Virus record (IMG/VR): IMGVR_UViG_2871760914_000003
Location: 3,131 to 67,130 of that record
DNA: 64,000 nt
From: a virus
Lineage: Duplodnaviria; Caudoviricetes
Strand: one strand, 5' to 3'
Shown here: positions 9,662-19,746 of the stretch, piece after piece
How positions within the stretch are numbered: the stretch's first letter is position 1
How the letters are laid out: the number at the start of each line of letters is the position of its first letter
Program-made: the position numbers and the translations under genes
Notes under the pieces: generated by a model
Told to the model about the DNA's origin: nothing
Databases searched by the model: none
What the model saw: only the letters and a program-made list of their open reading frames with translations

Positions 9662-10173
9662 GCTGACGCCCCTTTCAGGCACCAGCTCAGCTCGCGCCCG
9701 CGCCGGTTATCCAGACCCTGATTAAACACGCCTTTCACGTACACCCATCGCGGCAGCTGATTACAGGCATCGCGCCACCGGTTGGCCCTGATGAGTTTCA
9801 CCATCGTTGATGCGCACACGTTGCCGGTGCCGACGTTAAACGCCAGCGACACCAGCGCGTCATAAACCTGCTGCGGCATGGAAACCGCCACGCAGCGCGC
9901 CAGTGCCGCCTCAACGCGCAACACGTTGGTGATAAACGTCCCGGCGGCCTGCCGCTCGGTGATGCTTTTGCCGGGAACAACGCCCTGCGTGTTGCCGATC
10001 CCGTCTGTCCACACCCCCGCATCGCAGAGGTAAGGTTTAAGGCGGCAGCCCTCGTAATCGGCAATCAGTTTCAGCCCCTCAACCGAGGTGTGCAGCTGCT
10101 GAAAGCCCGGCAGTGTGGCGGCGATGGCCAGCACCGCGCCGACGGCGCAGCGTTTAACGGTTTGCAGATTCAT
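9658..10173 (-). CDS. GH24 (T4-like) SAR-type endolysin
   Basis: Hydrophobic N-terminus; EGCRLKPYLCDAGVWT catalytic E/D/T pattern; GLDNRR. Confidence 0.93.
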   Translation of the reverse strand: MNLQTVKRCAVGAVLAIAATLPGFQQLHTSVEGLKLIADYEGCRLKPYLCDAGVWTDGIGNTQGVVPGKSITERQAAGTFITNVLRVEAALARCVAVSMPQQVYDALVSLAFNVGTGNVCASTMVKLIRANRWRDACNQLPRWVYVKGVFNQGLDNRRGRELSWCLKGASA

Positions 10174-10366
10174 AATCCTCCCGTGTGATGCGCCCGCTTG
10201 CCAGTAACTGGTAGGTTTTGTGCTTGTAGTACCAGCTGATTAGCGCCATGCCGATGCCGATAATCAGCCCGGCCCACGTTGAAACGTCTTTAACCGATAA
10301 GTCGCCCAGCCAGGCCATAAAAACGGCTATCGACCAGGTGATAAACGTGCTGATTCTTTCCCACAT
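10154..10366 (-). CDS. Holin (HP1-like)
   Basis: 70 aa, two hydrophobic segments, basic C-terminus WYYKHK, precedes endolysin. Confidence 0.85.
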   Translation of the reverse strand: MWERISTFITWSIAVFMAWLGDLSVKDVSTWAGLIIGIGMALISWYYKHKTYQLLASGRITREDYESANR

Positions 10367-10369
10367 GAT

Positions 10370-10573
10370 TCAGTCCCATAGCTGCACGGTCTGCGCCGTG
10401 GCTGCGGGCGCAACGTCCGGCAGCTCGACCTCTAAACCGTGGGGTAAGGTGGGGCCGTAGTCCGCCAGCCCCGGATTGGCCTGTAACACCAGCTCAGAAA
10501 GCCCCTGCGTGCGCCCGTAGTGACGCCAGCAAAGTGCGTCCACCGTGTCATACTGCTGCGCACGCACTTTCAT
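10370..10573 (-). CDS. X: Tail protein X
   Basis: MKVRAQQYDTVDALCWRHYGRTQG...ANPGLA; true start 10573, ORF track over-extends. Confidence 0.93.
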   Translation of the reverse strand: MKVRAQQYDTVDALCWRHYGRTQGLSELVLQANPGLADYGPTLPHGLEVELPDVAPAATAQTVQLWD

Positions 10574-11058
10574 TAAATAAGCTCTATTACGGAGTGCGGC
10601 AGATCCTGCACGCGGCTGATGGCCCAGCGCGCATCCCGCCACAGTTCGGCGCTGGCATCTTCCAGCACCTCACCGCGTTTCACGCCGGATGCGGTGGCGT
10701 CAAAGTCGCTGTAACGCTCGTTGAGTACCGCCCGCGTCCAGCACCAGACGGCGCTTTCATAGTGGTGCAGGCGCACGCTCTGCCCTGCCAGCTTCTCGGC
10801 GGGTACGTCGGCCAGCGCGTTATAGCCTTTCATTTCCTGCCGCTCACGCCACGGGTAAAGCTCAGCGTTAATTTCAGCAATGGCGGTCAGCACCACCTGT
10901 TTAAGCCGGTCGGGCGTCACGGTGCCGTCAACGCGCATCGCGCTGCGGAATTTTTGCAAATCCATGTCCGGCCAGAATGAGTTATTCGGGATAATCACCG
11001 GCGCAACGGGCCACTGCACTGCCGCAACCTTCGGCTGTTCGGGTGCTACAAATTCCAT
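10573..11058 (-). CDS. L: Head completion protein L
   Basis: NNSFWPDMDL...RVDGTVT..RL...SDFDAT...ARWAISR; start MEFVAPE. Confidence 0.92.
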   Translation of the reverse strand: MEFVAPEQPKVAAVQWPVAPVIIPNNSFWPDMDLQKFRSAMRVDGTVTPDRLKQVVLTAIAEINAELYPWRERQEMKGYNALADVPAEKLAGQSVRLHHYESAVWCWTRAVLNERYSDFDATASGVKRGEVLEDASAELWRDARWAISRVQDLPHSVIELI

Positions 11059-11155
11059 CGTTACTGCTCCTGAATAGGTGGGCGGTGGACGGGGTTTTGA
11101 TGCGGCGCTGCCTGTCGCCACCCCGTGCCGCCCCGCGCGTGGGCACGTTCGGTTA

Positions 11156-11806
11156 TCAGCTGTCTTTGCGGATTTTCCGCTCCAGCTGCTCAATGTCTTT
11201 TTTCACCCCGCACTTTTCATCCAGCTGCAGGGCCTGCTTAAGGTGATTCAGCGCCAGCTCAGGCTCGTTTTCGGTGAGTACCCAGCCAGTGGATTTATGC
11301 AGGCGCGCGCGTGACTGATCCGGCATGTCCTGCCCGTTTACGGCGTCAAGCGTCTGCAGCAGCAGGTCAGCATCAAACGGTGTTTCTGCCAGAATGGCGG
11401 CTTTGGCGGCGTCGGCCATTTCCTCGGCAAGCAGCGCCTGCACGTTACGACTGAATCCCTGCGGCATTACCCAGCCGTGTTTAAGGGCATGGCGGCCAAT
11501 GGTCAGCGCACCGGCATAATCACCGGCATCAATGCGCCACAGCATCACATACATCACCACGTCATCCTGATTCGGGCTGTCGGCGCTCAGGATGCCATCG
11601 ACCCAGGCGGCATATTTCGGCAGGACTTCGGCTTTAATTTCGGCTTTTTTGGCATTTGACTGAACGCCCTTAAGGCGTCGGCGGTCTTCGGTCAGTTGCA
11701 GCAGCATCAGCTCGTAGCCGCTGGCGTGGCGAACACTGCCGCCCTCAAGGGCGGCCTGTTCAGCCTGAACACGCAAACGGTGCTGCCGTGCGGGACTCAG
11801 GCTCAT
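11156..11806 (-). CDS. M: Terminase small (endonuclease) subunit
   Basis: MSLSPARQHR...WRIDAGDY...DMPDQSRARLHK...GVKKDIEQLER. Confidence 0.95.
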   Translation of the reverse strand: MSLSPARQHRLRVQAEQAALEGGSVRHASGYELMLLQLTEDRRRLKGVQSNAKKAEIKAEVLPKYAAWVDGILSADSPNQDDVVMYVMLWRIDAGDYAGALTIGRHALKHGWVMPQGFSRNVQALLAEEMADAAKAAILAETPFDADLLLQTLDAVNGQDMPDQSRARLHKSTGWVLTENEPELALNHLKQALQLDEKCGVKKDIEQLERKIRKDS

Positions 11807-11809
11807 GGA

Positions 11810-12871
11810 TTACGCCTCCGTTCCGGCGGCAGCCGGTGCCGTGAAGTCACCCATTTCGATATTTTCAACCAGCGCGGCACAACGGTAGTCTTCGATCACA
11901 TACGCCTCGTTGACCGATTCGAAGTTTTCGATACGGTCACGCTTCGGATTGTCGATGACCGAGCGGCGGCGGGTGTCTTCCTGCCAGTAAATCGACAGGT
12001 TATCAAGGCGGGTAATCATCACCGCATTGGCGGGGAAGTAAGGCGCACGCACCGCCTGCAGGCCGCCCATGCGTTTCTGACTGATAATCAGATCGGCGGC
12101 CAGCTTGTTAACGTTGTCCTGCCCGTTGTTGACCAGCGGGAAATATTTGTCGGCCAGCAGCTCGCGGCCACAGATAACCACCAGTTCGTCATCGTCCTGG
12201 AAGATAGGATCGATAAGCTCATTGACGGCATCCATCACCAGTGCGTCAAGGTTGGCATAGGTGCCTTTGATGCCGACCTTGACCGCTTTAGCCGTGGTTA
12301 CGCCGTCTTTGGTTTCGCTGCCCATGACGTTATCAGGCGCATCTTCGCGCAGCTTCTGCAGCCAGCCCTTGTTAACGTCCTGCAGCACCGGATTTTTGAC
12401 GCGATCAGATGTCTTTTCGCGCTTGATGCCGTTAAAACCGATCATGATACGGTCCAGCGCCTGGCGCTTCACGATGGCGTCACGGATACGCACCTGGAAA
12501 TCCTGGAATTTCGCCCACAGGTCCAGCTTCGCGTAGGTAATGGCCGTATCAAAGTTGGTCTGCGCGCACGTGTATTCGGTTTCGGTCATTGCACTCGGAT
12601 CGGTTGGCTCGCGCTCTTTGGTGCTGGTATCTGTCGTGCCTGCGATAGAGCTACCGACGCCGAGGCCGAGCAGCTGGCCGGACTGCTCCTGCACACCGAT
12701 AACGTTGATCAGCGTCAGGAATGCGGCTGACTGCTGAATGGTGTCTTCCAGCTTCTGCGCCACGGACGGCTCTACGGCAAACTTGGTGGACAGCTCGGCA
12801 ACCGGCACGCTGTAGATGTTCGCCAGTTGGGTTAAATAGGCGTTGTAAGCAAAACGGGTAGTCGTTTTCAT
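11810..12871 (-). CDS. N: Major capsid protein
   Basis: KFAVEPSVAQKLE...QTNFDT...ALDRIMIGFNG...NESVNEAYVIEDY. Confidence 0.97.
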   Translation of the reverse strand: MKTTTRFAYNAYLTQLANIYSVPVAELSTKFAVEPSVAQKLEDTIQQSAAFLTLINVIGVQEQSGQLLGLGVGSSIAGTTDTSTKEREPTDPSAMTETEYTCAQTNFDTAITYAKLDLWAKFQDFQVRIRDAIVKRQALDRIMIGFNGIKREKTSDRVKNPVLQDVNKGWLQKLREDAPDNVMGSETKDGVTTAKAVKVGIKGTYANLDALVMDAVNELIDPIFQDDDELVVICGRELLADKYFPLVNNGQDNVNKLAADLIISQKRMGGLQAVRAPYFPANAVMITRLDNLSIYWQEDTRRRSVIDNPKRDRIENFESVNEAYVIEDYRCAALVENIEMGDFTAPAAAGTEA

Positions 12872-12887
12872 GGGGTTTGCTGCTCCT

Positions 12888-13742
12888 TTAGCAGTTGGTC
12901 AGGGTGGCAGCGGGTGCAGTACCGCCCGGTGCGCGCTGGCGAAAGTCTTTGCGGCCGTCTTCCTGGCTCAGCTGCGCTTTCAGTTCGTTAAATTCGGTCT
13001 GCTGTACGGCAAACGCGGACTGTGTTTCCTGCAACTGCGATTCCAGAGCAACAATGCGCTCTGCCTGCTCGCTGACGGCCTTGTCATTGGCTGCACTGTA
13101 GCTCTGCTGTTCGCTGGCAATCAGCTCGACGGCCTGATGAACATCACTGAAACGCGCGTCGTCGGTCTGCTGCTGCCTGCTGAACATGTGTTGAATGCGC
13201 TTAAACAGAGCGGGCTTTGCCTCCGGCACGTCTTCCAGCTCGATCACGGTCTCAGCGGCGGCGGTAAAGAGATTTTCCGGGTGCTGCTTGCGGTTTGCCA
13301 GGGGGTTTCTGGCAGCGCTGGCGCTGAACTGCAGCATCTCGGTGCCGAGGCTTGCCGGGTCGTCGGTTGCGGCCAGACCGACCAGATACGCCTTGCCGGT
13401 GTCGGCAAACTTGGTATTCACCTCCATTGAAGTGAAAAGTTTCTGGCCTTTTTTAACCAGTTCGACAAGTGAGCCTGTCGGCAGGATGTCGGCATACAGG
13501 GCCATTTTTCCGGCCAGCGGACCGTCTTTGATTTCTTCCGCAACCAGCGCACTTACGGTGCCGTAGCGGTTAAAGGTGCTGTCTGGTGCGTATGACTTTA
13601 AGTGCTCCAGATTAATCGTGGCGGTGTAAACCGACGGGTTGTAGGCGTCGGCCATCTGTACCAGCCATTCGCGGGAAATTTCGCGCCCGTCGGTAGTGGC
13701 ACCTTCCACCCCGATTCGGAAACGCTTTGCAGCTACTGTCAT
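12888..13742 (-). CDS. O: Capsid scaffolding/protease protein
   Basis: KRFRIGVEGATTDGREI...YLVGLAATDDPASLGTE; start MTVAAK at 13742. Confidence 0.95.
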   Translation of the reverse strand: MTVAAKRFRIGVEGATTDGREISREWLVQMADAYNPSVYTATINLEHLKSYAPDSTFNRYGTVSALVAEEIKDGPLAGKMALYADILPTGSLVELVKKGQKLFTSMEVNTKFADTGKAYLVGLAATDDPASLGTEMLQFSASAARNPLANRKQHPENLFTAAAETVIELEDVPEAKPALFKRIQHMFSRQQQTDDARFSDVHQAVELIASEQQSYSAANDKAVSEQAERIVALESQLQETQSAFAVQQTEFNELKAQLSQEDGRKDFRQRAPGGTAPAATLTNC

Positions 13743-13820
13743 GTGCCAGGCTCCGGTTTGAAAAACTCTGTGAGTCCCTATGTTTGCGGCGAGAGGGGTA
13801 CTGAAACAACGCGGCGGCGT

Positions 13821-13838
13821 TGTACCGTAATTCACACA
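13821..13838. promoter_or_regulatory. Late activator site between divergent O and P
   Basis: TGTACCGTAATTCACACA = TGT-N12-ACA. Confidence 0.75.
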
Positions 13839-13884
13839 ATCACGGGCGGCGGAAAAGGAAACGGGCGGGCCGTATTTTGGGGCC

Positions 13885-15651
13885 ATGACAACGACAATCG
13901 CCCCCGCAGACCTCGATCCCCGCAGACAGGCTTTGCTGCTGTTCTTTCAGGGATACCGTATCGCCCGCATTGCTGAAATGCTGGGAGAGAAACCCGCAAC
14001 CGTTCACAGCTGGAAAAAACGCGACAGGTGGGGCGACTATGGCCCGCTTGACCAGATGCAGCTCACCACTGCCGCGCGCTACACACAGCTGGTCATGAAA
14101 GAGGACAAAGAAGGGAAGGATTACAAGGAAATTGACCTGTTAAGCCGTCAGGCTGTGCAGCAGGCGCGCATTGGCAAATTTAACAACGGCGGCAATGAGG
14201 CCGATCTCAATCCTAAAGTGGCGAACCGCAACAAAGGGCCGCGCACGCCACCGGAAAAGAACGTTTTCAGCGACGAGCAGATCGAAAAATTACAGGAAAT
14301 TTTTCACGCTTCGATGTTCGGCTATCAGCGCAACTGGTGGGAAGCCGGAAACAAGCACCGTATCAGGAACGTGCTCAAGTCGCGCCAGATTGGTGCGACA
14401 TTCTATTTTGCCCGCGAGGCGCTGATCGATGCGCTGACCACCGGACGTAACCAGATATTTTTATCCGCCAGTAAGGCGCAGGCGCACGTTTTCAAACAGT
14501 ACATCATTGAGTTTGCCCGCGAGGCTGACGTAGACCTGAAAGGCGACCCGATGACGCTGGCTAACGGCGCATGTCTGTATTTCCTCGGCACCAACGCCCG
14601 CACCGCGCAGAGTTATCACGGCAACCTCTACCTGGATGAATATTTCTGGATACCGAGATTTCAGGAACTGCGCAAAGTGGCGTCGGGTATGGCGCTGCAT
14701 AAAAAATGGCGACAGACCTACTTTTCCACACCGTCCAGCCTTACGCACAGCGCTTATCCGTTCTGGTCTGGCGCCCTGTTTAACCGTGGGCGCGCCAAAG
14801 CCGAGCGCGTTGACATCGATCTGACGCACGGCAACCTTTCGCGGGGCCGGTACTGCGACGACGGCCAGTATCGCCAGATTGTCACGATTGAAGATGCGGT
14901 AAGCGGTGGCTGTAACCTCTTTGACCTCGACCAGCTGCGCCTTGAGTACAGTCCGCCGGAATACCAGAACCTGCTGATGTGTGAGTTTGTGGACGATCTG
15001 GCGTCGGTGTTCCCGCTGACCATACTGCAGTCGTGCATGGTAGACAGCTGGGAGGTGTGGAAGGACTTCGAAGCCTTTGCCCTGCGCCCCTTTGCCTATA
15101 ACGAAGTATGGATCGGTTATGACCCGGCCAAAGGCACGCAAAACGGCGACAGTGCGGGGTGTGTGGTTATCGCGCCGCCTGCCGTGTCGGGCGGTAAGTT
15201 CCGCATCCTTGAGCGGCATCAGTGGCGCGGAATGGACTTCCGCGCGCAGGCCGACGCCATTAAGGCGCTGACAAAACAGTACAACGTGACCTACATCGGC
15301 ATTGACTCGACCGGCGTCGGTCTCGGCGTCTATGAAAACGTGAAGGCATTTTTCCCGCAGGTTAAAGAGTTTGTTTATAACCCCAACGTCAAAAACGCCC
15401 TGGTGCTCAAGGCTTACGACATCATCAGCCATCAGCGCCTGGAGTTTGACGCCGGACACCTCGACATTGCGCAGTCATTCATGGCAATCCGACGCGCCAC
15501 CACGGCCAGCGGCAACCGCCCAACCTACGAAGCCAGCCGCAGCGAAGAAGCCAGCCACGCGGATTTAGCCTGGGCGGTTATGCACGCACTGGCTAACGAA
15601 CCGCTGCAGGGCGAGGCGGCAGGTAAACGCAACATTATGGAGATGTTTTAA
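13885..15651 (+). CDS. P: Terminase large (ATPase) subunit
   Basis: LKSRQIGATFYFA Walker A region, YLDEYFW Walker B, C-terminal nuclease HADLAWA. Confidence 0.97.
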   Translation: MTTTIAPADLDPRRQALLLFFQGYRIARIAEMLGEKPATVHSWKKRDRWGDYGPLDQMQLTTAARYTQLVMKEDKEGKDYKEIDLLSRQAVQQARIGKFNNGGNEADLNPKVANRNKGPRTPPEKNVFSDEQIEKLQEIFHASMFGYQRNWWEAGNKHRIRNVLKSRQIGATFYFAREALIDALTTGRNQIFLSASKAQAHVFKQYIIEFAREADVDLKGDPMTLANGACLYFLGTNARTAQSYHGNLYLDEYFWIPRFQELRKVASGMALHKKWRQTYFSTPSSLTHSAYPFWSGALFNRGRAKAERVDIDLTHGNLSRGRYCDDGQYRQIVTIEDAVSGGCNLFDLDQLRLEYSPPEYQNLLMCEFVDDLASVFPLTILQSCMVDSWEVWKDFEAFALRPFAYNEVWIGYDPAKGTQNGDSAGCVVIAPPAVSGGKFRILERHQWRGMDFRAQADAIKALTKQYNVTYIGIDSTGVGLGVYENVKAFFPQVKEFVYNPNVKNALVLKAYDIISHQRLEFDAGHLDIAQSFMAIRRATTASGNRPTYEASRSEEASHADLAWAVMHALANEPLQGEAAGKRNIMEMF

Positions 15652-16700
15652 TGAGCAAACGCAGAAACCGCGCACGCACGCAGCCCGTGCCGCGACAGGA
15701 CAACATGACGGGCGCACCGGCGGCAGAGGCGTTTACCTTTGGCGACCCGATCCCGGTGCTGGATCGCCGCGAAATACTGGACTACGTGGAGTGCGTCATC
15801 AATGACCGCTGGTATGAGCCGCCCGTCAGTTTTGAAGGACTTGCGCGCACGTTCCGCGCGGCTGTTCACCACAGCTCAGCGCTCAGCGTGAAATGTAACA
15901 TTCTGGCGAGTACCTTTGTCCCTCACCCGCTGTTAAGTCAGCAGGCTTTTACCCGGTTTGCGCAGGATTATCTGGTATTTGGTAATGCCTACCTGGAGCG
16001 ACGCACGTCACGCCTCGGCAATACCTTAAGCCTTGAGCCATCACTGGCAAAATACACGCGACGCGGCACGGATTTGGACGCTTACTGGTTTGTGCAGTAC
16101 GGCCTCAACACGCAGCCCTATGAATTTACGGCTGGTAGCGTATTTCACCTGATGGAGCCGGACTTCAATCAGGAAGTTTACGGTCTGCCCGGTTACCTGT
16201 CGGCCATCCCGTCCGTGCTGCTGAACGAGTCGGCCACACTGTTTCGCCGTAAGTATTACCTGAACGGCAGTCACGCCGGTTTCATTATGTACGTGACAGA
16301 TCCGGCGCAGAATCAGGAAGACGTAGACGCTATGCGTAAGGCAATGAAAAGCGCTAAAGGCCCTGGCAATTTCCGCAATCTGTTTATGTATTCACCGACC
16401 GGCAAAAAAGACGGCATTCAGATCATCCCGCTGTCTGAGGTGGCGGCCAAAGATGAGTTTCTGAATATCAAAAACGTGTCGCGGGATGACATGCTGGCCG
16501 TGCATCGTGTGCCGCCGCAGCTGATGGGAATCATCCCTAACAATACAGGCGGATTCGGTGACGTTGAGAAGGCAAGCCGGGTATTTGTACGAAACGAACT
16601 CATCCCGCTGCAGGCTCGCATGAAAGAGTTAAATGAGTGGCTTGGCGAGGAGGTTATCAGGTTCGCGCCTTACAACCTCGTTCTGGATGATGAAAGTTAA
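15651..16700 (+). CDS. Q: Portal protein
   Basis: FTFGDPIPVLD...YYLNGSHAGFI...GGFGDVEKA. Confidence 0.97.
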   Translation: MSKRRNRARTQPVPRQDNMTGAPAAEAFTFGDPIPVLDRREILDYVECVINDRWYEPPVSFEGLARTFRAAVHHSSALSVKCNILASTFVPHPLLSQQAFTRFAQDYLVFGNAYLERRTSRLGNTLSLEPSLAKYTRRGTDLDAYWFVQYGLNTQPYEFTAGSVFHLMEPDFNQEVYGLPGYLSAIPSVLLNESATLFRRKYYLNGSHAGFIMYVTDPAQNQEDVDAMRKAMKSAKGPGNFRNLFMYSPTGKKDGIQIIPLSEVAAKDEFLNIKNVSRDDMLAVHRVPPQLMGIIPNNTGGFGDVEKASRVFVRNELIPLQARMKELNEWLGEEVIRFAPYNLVLDDES

Positions 16701-16715
16701 GATACATCGAAAAGC

Positions 16716-16738
16716 AAAGCGCCTGCGGGCGCTTTTTT
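16716..16738. terminator. Bidirectional intrinsic terminator
   Basis: AAAGCGCC-TGC-GGGCGCTTTTTT between convergent Q and 16737 ORF. Confidence 0.75.
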
Positions 16739-17036
16739 ATTTATCGGCCCACTGACCGGCGCGGGCTGAATCAATCAACAGCTGAATGGTCAGCGGCTTT
16801 TCCGCCTTGCCGTTATCTGCCGGAAAATAACGACCAAAGTTTATTTCTTTCGGGTTGACAGAAAATCGCTCCGCGAAAGTTTCCAGCAGCTCGGCGGCAT
16901 CTTCCGGTGCCATCCTGAAATCTTTATTCAGATCCGTTGTATGTGTCAGCGGAAAGCGCTTGCGCAGCCAAAACCAATGACCGTTATACTCTTCAACAAG
17001 TGCGAATACAGCTTTTTCAGTATCATCAATCACCAT
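16737..17036 (-). CDS. DUF1493-like protein
   Basis: TDLNKDFRM..EDAAELLETFAERFSV...NFGRYFP...PLTIQLLIDSARAGQW, recalled DUF1493 pattern. Confidence 0.7.
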   Translation of the reverse strand: MVIDDTEKAVFALVEEYNGHWFWLRKRFPLTHTTDLNKDFRMAPEDAAELLETFAERFSVNPKEINFGRYFPADNGKAEKPLTIQLLIDSARAGQWADK

Positions 17037-17491
17037 ATTCTGTCCTCCGCACGGGCTATCGTGTTGTAACGGTTTACCGACTTCCAGCCTATGATTGCCA
17101 CGTCTGATGCCACTATGGCCCAGCCAATAACCGGCACTGTCCTGCCAACAAACGTGCCTAGCTTTTTTGTCATTATTATTTTCATTTTAAACGGATTTCC
17201 AACTATGGTCGGTAGCGGGAAAGGCAGCCTGTATTTTTGCAACAGCCTGCGCGACTGAACAGAAGCCCATGAAGTGCCAGGCGTAGCGTTTGCGAGTTTG
17301 CCGGACACGGCGACGTTATTACGCCCGGCATAAATCGCAGCTGCTGCCATAACGTTACCTGTTGCCGCTGTCGCCCCCGTGAAATGCTCGGCAGTTACAT
17401 CAACCATAATCCAGAAAAAAAGCTCACCGGCATTGAGATTTGAAAGGCCGCCGTAAAAATAGGTTCCGTTAAGCTGTTCGGTTGTATCCAT
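17030..17491 (-). CDS. STM2901-like protein
   Basis: MDTTEQLNGTYFYGG...ATPGTSWAS...LGTFVGRTVPVIGW; usual partner of DUF1493. Confidence 0.65.
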   Translation of the reverse strand: MDTTEQLNGTYFYGGLSNLNAGELFFWIMVDVTAEHFTGATAATGNVMAAAAIYAGRNNVAVSGKLANATPGTSWASVQSRRLLQKYRLPFPLPTIVGNPFKMKIIMTKKLGTFVGRTVPVIGWAIVASDVAIIGWKSVNRYNTIARAEDRIW

Positions 17492-17689
17492 CACCAGACC
17501 TCGCAATAAAAAGCGTGATTAAACTTTAACCGCAACGACTTTCAATTTCCAGCCCCCTACCACAGGGCCTGTAACGCATCCTGTCGCACCTGCGCCCTCG
17601 CCCGTCGCAGGGGGCATCCGAAACCACATCACACGGCAGCGGGCCGGAAATTGGGCCGCATGGTCATGACCTAAACGTCGTGGCGCGCG

Positions 17690-17708
17690 CTCGTAGCCCC
17701 GCCACGCC
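17690..17708 (-). other. cos (19-nt cohesive end) of prophage 1
   Basis: Minus strand GGCGTGGCGGGGCTACGAG resembles 186/P2 cos GGCG(T/A)GGCGGGGAAAGCA(T/C); expected position after Q. Confidence 0.8.
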
Positions 17709-17893
17709 TGCGCGCTTTATGTAATAGTTTTCATGCACCTGCATGACTTAAGCAAAAGCCCGCCATTCCTGGCGGGCCTCAGCGAAAACGATCTTCAAAC
17801 GATCATGCGGATTCATGCGCATAATGGCGTTTTTACAGCATAATTCGGTATGGTATTCTGATCCGATTCATCACTCTCGTTAAAGGACTGAAA

Positions 17894-19036
17894 ATGGACA
17901 TTATTGAGTTAAAATCTGAGCTAAAAAAAGAAGAAGATGCCAAGAAAAGAGCATATCTATTGGCCCAGTTGGAAGTGTTCAAACAGGACGCGGAAGAACA
18001 AGTCCGTACAGAGCAAAAAGATGTTGATTTCGAAACTAAAGAATTCACGGTTGAGCTTTTAGTAAATAAATATCATAGTGGTTTGGAAGACGATACTAAC
18101 GAGCTGTTTGTACCTGACTACCAAAGGGACTTTGTCTGGAGTGAAAAAAGACAATCTCGCTTGATTGAGTCTTTAATTTTAGGGTTTCCTATCCCTTATA
18201 TTTTCACAGCAGATGTTCTTTCAGAAGACCCTGAGTTAGATGGAAGAATTGAAATTGTTGATGGTTCGCAACGTGTCAGAACCATTCACGCATTCATTCA
18301 TAATCAATTAATTTTGCAGGACCTGAAATCATTAAGCTCTCTTAATGGATTTAGCTTCCAAGATTTACCACTCTCTAGACAACGCCGTTTTATGCGTATT
18401 CCTGTCCGTGTTATTGAGTTAAGTTCGAAATGCAATGAAGAAACTCGACGTGACCTTTTCGAAAGAATTAACTCCGGTAGTGACATACTGAAGGATATGG
18501 AGGTTCGTAAAGGTTCAGAACTTGGTTCAACATCTTTGTATACCCAAGTAATTAAACCTTGCTCCGCGATCCCATCCTTTAAGAAATTGGCACCATTATC
18601 AGAGGCTAAAGAGAAACGTGATGAACGATTAGAGTTCACTTTACGATTCTTCGCATATTTAGAAAACTATCAAAACTTTGATCACTCCGTACGTGACTTC
18701 CTAAATGAATATATGCATGCAAATGGCGCGATAGATGCTCAGAAGCAAAATGCTATGAAAGCTGAATTTGCCACCATGCTTGATTTTGTCGCTCAATACT
18801 TCCCTGCTGGATTCAAAAAAACTGTGACCGCAAAATCAACACCACGCGTTAGATTTGAATCTTTAGCTGTTGGTGTAGCATTAGCATTACGTGAAGATCC
18901 TTCACTAGCGCCACAAGATTTAGACTGGATTAGTTCTGATAAATTCAAAGTACTAACTACCTCAGATGGTGCTAATAGCCGTGTCAAAGTTATTGAGAGA
19001 ATTGAGTACGTTCGCGATAGATTATTAGAGGCTTAA
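17894..19036 (+). CDS. DUF262 (ParB-like/GmrS-like) domain protein
   Basis: Motifs PDYQRDFVW, IVDGSQR and FERINSG. Confidence 0.88.
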   Translation: MDIIELKSELKKEEDAKKRAYLLAQLEVFKQDAEEQVRTEQKDVDFETKEFTVELLVNKYHSGLEDDTNELFVPDYQRDFVWSEKRQSRLIESLILGFPIPYIFTADVLSEDPELDGRIEIVDGSQRVRTIHAFIHNQLILQDLKSLSSLNGFSFQDLPLSRQRRFMRIPVRVIELSSKCNEETRRDLFERINSGSDILKDMEVRKGSELGSTSLYTQVIKPCSAIPSFKKLAPLSEAKEKRDERLEFTLRFFAYLENYQNFDHSVRDFLNEYMHANGAIDAQKQNAMKAEFATMLDFVAQYFPAGFKKTVTAKSTPRVRFESLAVGVALALREDPSLAPQDLDWISSDKFKVLTTSDGANSRVKVIERIEYVRDRLLEA

Positions 19037-19037
19037 A

Positions 19038-19718
19038 ATGGACAGTTTCCGTGAGGATTTTGATATTAGGTCCGGAGAAATTCTGGCCTATTTGGACCTA
19101 TTAAAGTTCATTGAAAATGCTGGAGCGGAACTACTCTCATCTGACGATCATGCTAATAAATTTAATGTTACTGCTGAATCACGTAAAACGCTGAAAGGGA
19201 CAGTATACATACTTTTATACAATCTAATTGAATCAACGATGAGAGAAGCAATATGTTTCATTCATGAGACTATCTATGACAGAAACATTCAATTCGACAA
19301 TCTTAAGAAAAACCTAAAGTCTGAAATTCTTAAAAGACTTAAAAATGATTCTGTAAGTATTGAGAATTTTGTCAATGGGCTTACAAAAGGTATATCCTGT
19401 GGTATTTCTTATGGCACATTTAATAAGAAAAAATTATTCTCAGGGAATATCGATCGCGAGGAAATAAAAGAAAAATCTCAAGTATATGGTTTTTCTATAT
19501 CATCAGATTACACTCACACAAAACATGGCGAAAAACTCTCAACAGTCAAACAACATCGTAATGATCTTGCACACGGCAATGTATCTTTTTCTGAAATTGG
19601 TAAGAATGTTTCCTATCAAGATTTAGAAAATGTTTCATTAGAGGTGATCGCGTATCTTGATGCAATTGCGACAAACATTGAGCATTATATCCATACTGAT
19701 GGATATTTATCTTCCTAA
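19038..19718 (+). CDS. HEPN-domain protein (MAE_28990/MAE_18760-like)
   Basis: LKGTVYILLYNLIEST; LFSGNID; Rx4H motif RNDLAH followed by GNVSFSEIG. Confidence 0.82.
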   Translation: MDSFREDFDIRSGEILAYLDLLKFIENAGAELLSSDDHANKFNVTAESRKTLKGTVYILLYNLIESTMREAICFIHETIYDRNIQFDNLKKNLKSEILKRLKNDSVSIENFVNGLTKGISCGISYGTFNKKKLFSGNIDREEIKEKSQVYGFSISSDYTHTKHGEKLSTVKQHRNDLAHGNVSFSEIGKNVSYQDLENVSLEVIAYLDAIATNIEHYIHTDGYLSS

Positions 19719-19746
19719 AAAAAAGCCTGCTGAGCAGGCTTTTTTT
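19718..19746. terminator. Bidirectional intrinsic terminator
   Basis: A-tract AGCCTGCT-G-AGCAGGCT T-tract between convergent HEPN and MTase genes. Confidence 0.8.

Noticed and set aside
469-16621. Long antisense ORFs over structural genes (e.g. 469-1320, 4516-5487, 11696-12730, 14461-15459)
   Set aside because: Shadow frames of GC-rich phage genes whose opposite strand has clear P2 homology
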